From: a virus
Lineage: Duplodnaviria; Caudoviricetes
IMG/VR virus record: IMGVR_UViG_3300043416_000465
Location: 1-37,958 of that record
DNA: 37,958 bases
Direction: 5' to 3' (one strand)
A program made the translations under genes and the position numbers. Numbering within the stretch: position 1 is the stretch's first letter; every line of letters begins with the position of its first letter. Positions 27,536-34,482 of the stretch are shown here, in pieces. A model generated the notes under the pieces. The model worked only from the letters and a program-made list of their open reading frames with translations. It did no database searches and was not told where the DNA came from.

Positions 27536-27554
27536 CACCCACTTTTCACCCATT
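27536..27554. repeat. Integrase arm-type site, 19-bp direct repeat copy 1 (CACCCACTTTTCACCCATT)
   Basis: Identical to 27767-27785; the pair flanks the att core and each copy holds two CACCCA units 11 bp apart. Confidence 0.75.
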
Positions 27555-27636
27555 TACCTATTTAGAGATTAGATAATAAGTGAACACAATACAAGTGAGC
27601 CAACAAAATGTTGATCGCCATTATCGGCCAAAACAA

Positions 27637-27662
27637 AAGCCACTCATGCTTTTGAGTGGCTT
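27637..27662 (-). terminator. Intrinsic terminator downstream of the tRNA 3' half
   Basis: Perfect 10-bp stem AAGCCACTCA/TGAGTGGCTT, 6-nt loop, followed by TTGTTTT on the - strand. Confidence 0.8.
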
Positions 27663-27672
27663 GCAGTATAGA

Positions 27673-27717
27673 TGGGTGATCCGAGATTTGAACTCGGAAC
27701 CAATTGATTAAGAGTCA
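27673..27717 (-). mobile_element. attP core: 3' half of tRNA-Lys(CTT)
   Basis: - strand reads TGACT-CTT-AATCAATTGGTTCCGAG-TTCAAAT-CTCGG-ATCACCCA: anticodon loop, T-arm and acceptor 3' strand. No D-arm or 5' acceptor strand upstream. Confidence 0.88.
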
Positions 27718-27766
27718 GTAGTGCGGCTGTTGCCAGAAGCTGATTCTGGCTCGTGTATTCTTGTTG

Positions 27767-27785
27767 CACCCACTTTTCACCCATT
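27767..27785. repeat. Integrase arm-type site, 19-bp direct repeat copy 2
   Basis: Identical to 27536-27554; overlaps the stop of the excisionase-like gene. Confidence 0.75.
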
Positions 27786-28211
27786 CTTTAATTTTTCGCG
27801 TAACCATCGCTGATGGTCTTTTAGCTGGTTGGATGCCCAGTGCTGCAACGGTTCCTTGTTCCAGCGGATTGATCGAGTGCCGTGCTTCAACCAGTGCACT
27901 CCCTCAAGGAGTCCTTTGTCCTTAAATCTTTGGCAAGTCCGATAATTATTCAAAGTGGCGATCGACAATTTAGCAATTTCAGACGCTTCTTTATTGCTTA
28001 AAAGCGTTAATTCGCCTCCCCATTTTTTACCAGAAGGCTGAATATCTGGGCGTTGTGTATCGATATTTAGGTACTGCTCGATCGCAACTTCCACTAATTT
28101 TCCTACCTTGTCCCCTTTGCTTTCGGCCAGCATTTTAAGACGGTTGAATACATCTCCGCTAACTCGTGAAGAAACGACCTTCTTCCAGCTTGAGCTGCTA
28201 GCTTTGACCAT
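27777..28211 (-). CDS. RHH (CopG-like) + excisionase-like HTH fusion protein
   Basis: VVSSRVSGDVFNRLKMLAESKG...LVEVAIEQYL (RHH); LLSNKEASEIAKLSIATLNNYR...EGVHW...IRWN (Xis/MerR-like). Adjacent to attP. Start re-called to MVKASS. Confidence 0.7.
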   Translation of the reverse strand: MVKASSSSWKKVVSSRVSGDVFNRLKMLAESKGDKVGKLVEVAIEQYLNIDTQRPDIQPSGKKWGGELTLLSNKEASEIAKLSIATLNNYRTCQRFKDKGLLEGVHWLKHGTRSIRWNKEPLQHWASNQLKDHQRWLREKLKNG

Positions 28212-28224
28212 TTTTAATACCTGC

Positions 28225-28248
28225 TTATTTGATGTATACATCAAATAA
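28225..28248. promoter_or_regulatory. Perfect 24-bp palindrome TTATTTGATGTATACATCAAATAA, probable operator
   Basis: Exactly self-complementary; lies between divergent xis-like and XRE genes. Confidence 0.7.
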
Positions 28249-28369
28249 TATCTTAAAAATGCAAACCTTACTTTGTTTTTCGACAGACTCTAGGCTGTAT
28301 GTACTCTTGACGCTCATGAAGCACGGTGTAAACATTGGCTTATACTGGACGCAGATCACAAGCAAAAGC

Positions 28370-28741
28370 ATGGAACCAACTCTTGATGAAAAATTTATTT
28401 TGATTGGACAACTCTTGCGGACTCGGCGAAAAATCCTAGGATTAGACCAACATGCAGCTAGTAAAAGGTTTGGCGTGAGCCAAGCCGCATATAGTGCCTG
28501 GGAAAATGCACGTTCCCATGCCGACAGCGACAACCTGCATAAAATAGCAATATTTTTGGGCTATTCCAGACTCTCGGAATTATGGGCAGTACTTGAGGCA
28601 AGTGTTGATGGAGAGCAATACCAAGCCAGCCAAGTCGCGCAGGCGCAAAAAATAATCGACAATCTGCCGATCAAAGATTTGGCTAACATCGGCGTAGAAA
28701 TTAGCCGCAAAATTGCGGCTCACGCTAGCCAGCTTTGCTAG
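28370..28741 (+). CDS. XRE-family HTH repressor (CI-like, no peptidase domain)
   Basis: LLRTRRKILGLDQHAASKRFGVSQAAYSAWENA...NLHKIAIFLG. Start re-called to MEPTL. Confidence 0.85.
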   Translation: MEPTLDEKFILIGQLLRTRRKILGLDQHAASKRFGVSQAAYSAWENARSHADSDNLHKIAIFLGYSRLSELWAVLEASVDGEQYQASQVAQAQKIIDNLPIKDLANIGVEISRKIAAHASQLC

Positions 28742-29820
28742 ATATATTTGATCGATTCGCAGGCTGCCTGAGCAACGATCGGCACAACCCCATTACCAAT
28801 CAACCGAACGGCGATTCGGCAATCATCGCCCAGAAACCAATTATCTGGGTAGCCTTGAAGTCGCTGCAAAGCGATTGAGTTAATGCCTTTTACTACCGCC
28901 CCCTGATTCAGCACGGCACGGCTACGGCCTTTCGAGCTAGCAGTGATTGTATTAGACGGCAATTCCCTTGACCGTGGGCAGCATTGCCACCCGCCGGAAA
29001 CCAAGTAAGCGTCTAGATATTTTTCGCGTTTGTTGCCACGGCCATCAGCTCCTAGAGATGCCCTAATAGTGCCGATCGGCTCATTCTCTGCCCAATATTT
29101 TGGCTCTTTACCAAAATAGCCAATCCGCTGAACTACGCTACTGACAGAACATTGATTGACGGCCTCTTGCTGCCGATCGGTTAGTGCGCTGTCCGGCAGA
29201 TCTGGAATCAGATCTGCGATTGCATTCAGCCAACCACGCCACCTTGGCAGCCCAAGAATAGCGCTTTTTTTTTCGTTCCAATTGCAGTGAGTTTGAACGA
29301 TCGGCATCAGCGCCGCCTTTTTAGGGTCTACCGCCAAAATTATCAGTCGCCGCCGGGTTTGTGGAGCACCAAAATCGGCGGCGTTTAAGATTTGACTCTG
29401 CACCACGTAGCCCGATCGGACCAAATTAGAGATCAACATCTGGCAGCTTTTAGAGCCTAGATATGGTGGCACGTTTTCGATCAAAACTGCCGCAGGCTTC
29501 CACACTGCCACGAATTCAGCCACCTTGAGAGATAACCATTGATCTATAAAAGTTTCCTTGCCGCCGACCTTGGCCACACTAAAGGATGGGCAGGGAGGCG
29601 AGGCCATGAGTAAATCTGGCCGATCAAACTCCTTGCTAGTCGGATCACACTGCAAAAGATTTTTGCACCATGCGTCACCGCTCACGTTTTGGCGGTAGGC
29701 ATTGATCGCCGGTTGCCAATAGTCGATCGCGCCGATCGGGAGATAGCCAGCATTGATCGCACCTTGGGTCTTGCCCCCAGCTCCGCAAAATAGTGAAAAT
29801 ACAGTCTTCTGCTTAGGCAT
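28738..29820 (-). CDS. DNA cytosine-C5 methyltransferase
   Basis: Motifs SLFCGAGG (I), SPPCPSFS (IV), ENV (VI), QTRRRL (VIII), RLQGYPD (IX), IGNGV (X). Start may be 29820 or 29898. Confidence 0.93.
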   Translation of the reverse strand: MPKQKTVFSLFCGAGGKTQGAINAGYLPIGAIDYWQPAINAYRQNVSGDAWCKNLLQCDPTSKEFDRPDLLMASPPCPSFSVAKVGGKETFIDQWLSLKVAEFVAVWKPAAVLIENVPPYLGSKSCQMLISNLVRSGYVVQSQILNAADFGAPQTRRRLIILAVDPKKAALMPIVQTHCNWNEKKSAILGLPRWRGWLNAIADLIPDLPDSALTDRQQEAVNQCSVSSVVQRIGYFGKEPKYWAENEPIGTIRASLGADGRGNKREKYLDAYLVSGGWQCCPRSRELPSNTITASSKGRSRAVLNQGAVVKGINSIALQRLQGYPDNWFLGDDCRIAVRLIGNGVVPIVAQAACESIKYI

Positions 29821-29894
29821 TAAGTCGCGGCCTCGTAGTACTCCAATAGCTCGCCGATTGGGTACCGGCAGATCCAAATCACAACTACACATTT

Positions 29895-30149
29895 TCAATC
29901 TCCTTCATTTTCGCCTGTCTGTAGTTGTTGTTTATTTTTTAAATCCGCGCAAATTGCCAGAGTCCATTCAGCCCCATCGGTAACGGCTCCCTTTTCACCT
30001 ATCAATGAACCCTTGTCGATATTGAGGGGGAGTGTCCTCAGTTCCTTGATGATGAACAGCTCCTCATCAACAAGAATCGTGATCATGATTATGTCGTCGT
30101 CAGTGTGGCCTTTCAGCGCGTCGATTAGCTCTCTTTTGGTAAAAATCAT
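29895..30149 (-). CDS. Hypothetical protein
   Basis: MIFTKRELIDALKG..DDDII, a common small-phage-protein N-terminal pattern. Confidence 0.6.
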   Translation of the reverse strand: MIFTKRELIDALKGHTDDDIIMITILVDEELFIIKELRTLPLNIDKGSLIGEKGAVTDGAEWTLAICADLKNKQQLQTGENEGD

Positions 30150-30170
30150 TGGTTTTCTCTTTGTAATTAC

Positions 30171-30857
30171 TTATTTTTCAACTTCACCAATCGCAGCCAA
30201 AACCCGATCCCTTTGCGCTGCTGGCAGCCTCCCCCCTGGCGCTCCAGATTTGCCGCGCAAAATTAGCCGCACAGTAGAAGGCTTGATTTCTCCAGATCGA
30301 AGCAGACGGCAGAGGCTATCAGCCCTGTCAGATCCATCGGCATCGCAGTAATCAGTGCGGCATGTTTTTCCGTGAGAATCAATAAAAGTCTCAACCTGGA
30401 ACGATGGGCTTGGGTTTCCCGACAGACTGATAGTTTCCCTGGCTGGTGGCAGTCCACCGGAGCCGACCTGCAAGTTATCGAAAAATTCCTTCTTCAGACG
30501 GTCAAGCTCACTATACGCTCCTTCGACCTTAGCCATAGCTACAGCCCTGACCCCGCCAATTGACTGGAGAGCGATCGCAGCTTGGCCACTAATCTCGCAG
30601 CTCTCGTATCTTCCTTGAGCAACTCCCATAATGCCTTCCCAGTCGTCGCGAGGGTTCACCCCTGCAACGGCTTGGAGGAAATCGGAAGGCTTAGGCACTT
30701 TATCGCTACAAATACTCCACCAGCAATCCATTAGCTGCTGATCAGATACCGAGGAAGTGCAGCCCATCCAGCCAGTCAGTAGCGCATCAGAGAAAGGCTT
30801 TCCATGAACATCGCAAGCCGCTATCAGATGATTTTTTAAGCAATCTAAGCTAGCCAT
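30171..30857 (-). CDS. Replication accessory protein / helicase-loader-like (DUF6475-like)
   Basis: Overlaps the initiator; PKPSDF, W..I, ALQSIGG, KKEF motifs. Confidence 0.55.
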   Translation of the reverse strand: MASLDCLKNHLIAACDVHGKPFSDALLTGWMGCTSSVSDQQLMDCWWSICSDKVPKPSDFLQAVAGVNPRDDWEGIMGVAQGRYESCEISGQAAIALQSIGGVRAVAMAKVEGAYSELDRLKKEFFDNLQVGSGGLPPARETISLSGNPSPSFQVETFIDSHGKTCRTDYCDADGSDRADSLCRLLRSGEIKPSTVRLILRGKSGAPGGRLPAAQRDRVLAAIGEVEK

Positions 30858-32050
30858 TCATCACCTACATAAATATCGTAATTTGGAAAATAGAAATTAG
30901 CCCAATCCTTCTCTAGCTTGCTGATAGATTCTCCAGCTTTTGCAGCCTTTGAAATCTTCCACCAAATACCCATCGCCCAAGTTTTTATTGTTGGATTGCC
31001 TTGCAAGTCGTGGTACTGAATTTGTTCTTTTTGCTGGGCAATTTTCAACGCCGCTCCAACTTTTGAAGAGTCGGGCAAAGATCGCCATTGGTAGGCATAA
31101 TCGACCAGCCGATCTTGGTTGCCAGATCTGCCGATTAAATAGCCAAAATGCTTACTTTCAAAATCTGGCTTGTTGAGCCATTCCGACTTGGCAGCCCACA
31201 ACGTTGCATCCCGTACCAAGGATATAAACTCATCTGGGGATCTGCCCGGAACCGTCAGCATTCTTTCGAGGCTATTTCTCGCGCTGTTGCTCAATCCTAC
31301 GCACTCGCCCCAAGCCCCTCGGTACTGGTTATAAGTGTTGATCGCTTGATCGACATAGGCGGATCGCTCATCAGCCGATGAGCGCCCCTGTAAGGCTGCT
31401 CTTTTTTGCTGCATGAGTATTTCATCACGCGATAGAGTCAAGGTGGTTTGCTGGTCATTCTCGGCGGGAGTGCTGCGCGAAACAGATGTGATCTCCTGAG
31501 TCGGATTTTTTCCAGGAGGCGACTGTGGTTGCTTTGCCGTGAGCTGGGATTTTTGCTCGGTGGCTGTTGGCTGAACGGGCAAATCAAATTTTTGATCGCA
31601 CACCTGCACGGCTACGCGCTCCGGATCTGCTTTGCTCTGGATCTGTTCTGTATTCTGATTCTGTTCTGTATCTGAGGACGTTCCCTTTCTGTTCCTGGGA
31701 ACGTTCCCGGAACGCTCCTTTTCTGTTTTCTTCTTTTCTTTATGCGCTGAAGTCCTTGCGGTGACATCATCGGAGAGAAACTGGCGCTTTCCCCATTTGG
31801 AAATCAAATAGCCCCCGTCTTGATGCTCGATCATGCCCTTGGCTCGGAACTTGTCGATCGCTGATTGCCACTGCTCTAAATTGATTCTTAGCTTCCAACA
31901 AATTTCAGTATCAGATAACAAGATTGTCCCTCTTTTGCTAGAGCTATTTGCAAGGCACAATGCTTTCACCCACAACAATTGGTCGCTGTCGTTCATCATG
32001 GCAATTTTAGGATCATCCATAAACTCATCGTAAAATCTAAACCACTTCAT
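30845..32050 (-). CDS. Phage replication initiator (replisome-organizer N-terminal domain)
   Basis: MKWFRFYDEFMDDPKI...LWVKALCLA...ISKWGKRQ, then a basic segment and a DTEQNQNTEQ linker. GGAG RBS before ATG 32050. Confidence 0.8.
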   Translation of the reverse strand: MKWFRFYDEFMDDPKIAMMNDSDQLLWVKALCLANSSSKRGTILLSDTEICWKLRINLEQWQSAIDKFRAKGMIEHQDGGYLISKWGKRQFLSDDVTARTSAHKEKKKTEKERSGNVPRNRKGTSSDTEQNQNTEQIQSKADPERVAVQVCDQKFDLPVQPTATEQKSQLTAKQPQSPPGKNPTQEITSVSRSTPAENDQQTTLTLSRDEILMQQKRAALQGRSSADERSAYVDQAINTYNQYRGAWGECVGLSNSARNSLERMLTVPGRSPDEFISLVRDATLWAAKSEWLNKPDFESKHFGYLIGRSGNQDRLVDYAYQWRSLPDSSKVGAALKIAQQKEQIQYHDLQGNPTIKTWAMGIWWKISKAAKAGESISKLEKDWANFYFPNYDIYVGDEWLA

Positions 32051-32149
32051 TTTCGACTCCTTTTTTCTGACTTTTAAGAATAAGTTTGTCGATATTTTCA
32101 GAGGTAATTGCAAAGGATCTGGCATCCTCAAACAGAGTTAGTTGTTTTG

Positions 32150-32575
32150 TCACTTTTCATCTCCAAATTTCCTGTACTTAACAACCCCTGCTGGCATCGG
32201 ACACCCTGGCAAAAAATAAAAGTGAGCCTTGCCGATATCAGCCCGATGCAACTTATCCTCTTTGTAAAGTCGCTCGACTTCGATCGAGGTGGCCTGTAGT
32301 TGCATTTTGGCTCCTGAGCTGATCTGGGCTTTTGTCCCCCAGCCAGCAGCTTCTAAGTAGCCAAGGACTCTAGCCGATCGGCTTTCTTCAGTACGTGTAG
32401 GCTTTTCCACGCATTCGACTAGTGTGCGGTCTTTGATACGCCGCCTGCCCTCCGGCGATACATAGGTACTGCCCACAACCCCGAACCTTTGCTCAAAGGT
32501 GTCTGGGCAATGATCCACGGGCTTGGGGTCGATATCTAAGTCGCCAAGAACTGAAACAGTAGAAACGCTACCCAC
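32150..32575 (-). CDS. Winged-helix DNA-binding protein
   Basis: RVLGYLEAAG..TKAQIS...VERLYKEDKLHR...HFYFL. Confidence 0.6.
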   Translation of the reverse strand: MGSVSTVSVLGDLDIDPKPVDHCPDTFEQRFGVVGSTYVSPEGRRRIKDRTLVECVEKPTRTEESRSARVLGYLEAAGWGTKAQISSGAKMQLQATSIEVERLYKEDKLHRADIGKAHFYFLPGCPMPAGVVKYRKFGDEK

Positions 32576-32741
32576 CGATCGCCCCCTTGGCTACAGCTTT
32601 CTTGATCGCAGCTTTAATTAAATCGTTGCCAATTTGGCTATAGCTCTTCCCTTCCGCCTCGCAAAGCTCCCTAAGCCGCGCCTTAAGCGCCTTGGGTAGT
32701 AAAATCACTACTTTGTCGTCCCGTTCTAAAATCTTAGTCAC
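32568..32741 (-). CDS. 57-aa RHH (CopG/Arc-like) regulator, Cro-like position
   Basis: Manual translation from GTG: MTKILERDDKVVILLPKALKARLRELCEAEGKSYSQIGNDLIKAAI...; AAGG upstream. Confidence 0.75.
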   Translation of the reverse strand: MTKILERDDKVVILLPKALKARLRELCEAEGKSYSQIGNDLIKAAIKKAVAKGAIGG

Positions 32742-32765
32742 AAAGTCAACCTTAAAAACATATTA

Positions 32766-32818
32766 AAAATAATATAGCGTACCTTGTAAAATAATTGCAA
32801 GGTACGCTATATTATTTT
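32766..32818. promoter_or_regulatory. 21-bp perfect inverted repeat with 11-bp spacer; overlapping divergent promoters/operator
   Basis: AAAATAATATAGCGTACCTTG-N11-CAAGGTACGCTATATTATTTT. Gives TTGTAA-18-TATATT on + and TTGCAA-18-TATATT on -. Confidence 0.7.
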
Positions 32819-32869
32819 GGGCGTGATTCAATCAAAACAAGCCCGAGGGCACAGCAACAGGGGTCTAAG

Positions 32870-33035
32870 TATGAACAAAAAACTAGCTATACGTGCGATC
32901 AAGGCTGCCTTGATCGCACGTATTACAGATATCAACCCCGAATCAATCGGTAGTGAGGTGCTCTTTAGCAGTCACTTTGATCTAATGGAATCCAATCCAT
33001 TAGATCGAGCTAAAACCAAGAACCGGCTTAACTAG
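32870..33035 (+). CDS. Small hypothetical protein (MNKKLAIRAIK...)
   Basis: ATG near 32870 downstream of the + promoter; start approximate. Confidence 0.4.
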
Positions 33036-33699
33036 AAATTAACAATTCGCCGCGCATAAAATCTTTCAATACTTGATCGACCTTCATTTGGTCGATTTTT
33101 TTATCGATACCGCCTCGGTACAAAAAGCCCGGATCTGGTTCCAAACTAAATACTGACAACTTTCCACCGCTGCGATCAAGATCGCGATCGCTCAGGCTAA
33201 AGATTTGGCACGTACAGCCAAATCCCGCTGGTGGAAATACTACAACATCTTCGGCCTTGAATATTTTGCCGTCCATAGCCAAATGCTCTGGTCTTGGATC
33301 GCCACTTCCTCCGTGCCGCCACTGCCAATATGGTCGATCGGCCACGGTTTCCCTCATCTGCTGCTGCCGCCCCATTCCATAGGCTTGCCGGATGTTCTGA
33401 TCGTAGATTAGCTGCGCTCTCCATGCCGATTTGCCCACCCATCGATCGGTTACTTTTGCGAACCTATCCATAAATTGCTGCATGGATTCACCAGCACTGA
33501 TCGCCCGATCGAGCGTGTCGTGGATATCCTGCAATAGAGCTGCTTTCGTTCCAGCCACCGTAAAGTTAGCCAGTTGCACAATGCCTTGGCCGTCCTTCCA
33601 GGTATCGGTATCTAAGTTGGTTTTTTGGGCGAAATAGTCGATCGCCTCGTCCATCTCCAGCCGTTGATCATCAATGCCATAATCGTACAGCCTACTCAT
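33028..33699 (-). CDS. Head morphogenesis protein MuF (Mu gp30), no toxin extension
   Basis: EAIDYF..K, FTVAG, RAQLIYDQNIRQAYGMGR, RPYWQW, PRPEHLAMDG, PPAGFGCTC, PDPGF. Start probably MSRLYD. Confidence 0.9.
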   Translation of the reverse strand: MSRLYDYGIDDQRLEMDEAIDYFAQKTNLDTDTWKDGQGIVQLANFTVAGTKAALLQDIHDTLDRAISAGESMQQFMDRFAKVTDRWVGKSAWRAQLIYDQNIRQAYGMGRQQQMRETVADRPYWQWRHGGSGDPRPEHLAMDGKIFKAEDVVVFPPAGFGCTCQIFSLSDRDLDRSGGKLSVFSLEPDPGFLYRGGIDKKIDQMKVDQVLKDFMRGELLISS

Positions 33700-34183
33700 T
33701 TTCAGCCTCAAAATATCCGCCTAGGCTAGCCAAGGTTAAATAATTTTCAACCTGCATTTCTGCGCCACTTAATTCTGGGTACAGCTCAAAAATCGCATTT
33801 TTAGCAGTCGGCAGATCATCAGCCGTCAAGATCACATCTTTGATAGTAATCATCCAGTCCCTGATCGCTTCGTCTCCAGCAGCCTTGAAGCTGGAAATCA
33901 GTTGCTCCTGGGTATCTGGGTTTTTGGAGAATCTTGCCTGTGCCTCCGAGCTGGCAAGATCGCTGTAGTTCGCTAGCCGGATTGATGCTTGCTTGTCGCC
34001 AATTTTTATTGCCAGGATTTTTTTCCCATCTTGCCCGATCGCAACAATGTCGCCATTGTCATCAATTTTGGCCGCTAGAATCGCATCCATCCCATCGCCG
34101 TATGGTGGATCTTGCCCTTCGACGGCTGCCGTATTTAGGTAGTCGAGGATTTTTGGCCATTTTTCTTTATTGATTAATTCCAT
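33692..34183 (-). CDS. Unknown N-terminal domain + portal-type C-terminal helical segment
   Basis: C-half WMITIKDVILTADDLPTAKNAIFELYPEL...LASLGGYFE resembles the usual DUF935 portal C-terminus that precedes MuF; AGGA RBS. Confidence 0.65.
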   Translation of the reverse strand: MELINKEKWPKILDYLNTAAVEGQDPPYGDGMDAILAAKIDDNGDIVAIGQDGKKILAIKIGDKQASIRLANYSDLASSEAQARFSKNPDTQEQLISSFKAAGDEAIRDWMITIKDVILTADDLPTAKNAIFELYPELSGAEMQVENYLTLASLGGYFEAENE

Positions 34184-34218
34184 TTTTCCTGGGTATTATA
34201 TTTGATTAATTTTATAGT

Positions 34219-34482
34219 TTAAGGGATCGCCCCAGCAGGCAAAGGATCTATAGCAGCAGCAAGCAGATCTGCTCCTTTTTTTATTTCATAGGGCAGTTTC
34301 ATATTTATCAAAGCCGCGATTAAATCGCGTGGCGAACACACATTCCCAATCATTTGATCCCTGCCAAATGCGGCATACAGCCAGTTCGCCAGCTCTTGAT
34401 CACGGCAAGTGATTTGTGATGATTCATCGGCATCACCTGTTTTTAGACTTATTTCAATATCGCCAACAGCAACTACAAACAT
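34219..34482 (-). CDS. Small protein abutting the HExxH gene (immunity/partner candidate)
   Basis: 87 aa; ATG immediately follows the TAA of the 539-aa gene. Confidence 0.6.
   Translation of the reverse strand: MFVVAVGDIEISLKTGDADESSQITCRDQELANWLYAAFGRDQMIGNVCSPRDLIAALINMKLPYEIKKGADLLAAAIDPLPAGAIP

Noticed and set aside
27673-27750. Full-length tRNA-Lys gene
   Set aside because: Only the anticodon loop, T-arm and 3' acceptor strand are present; upstream sequence cannot form a D-arm or pair with the acceptor. Interpreted as the att core.
28229-28244. Two ORFs both starting MMYTSN on opposite strands
   Set aside because: Artefact of the 24-bp palindrome; better starts exist at 28211 and 28370.
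25346-29820. Restriction-modification system
   Set aside because: No recognisable endonuclease beside either methylase.
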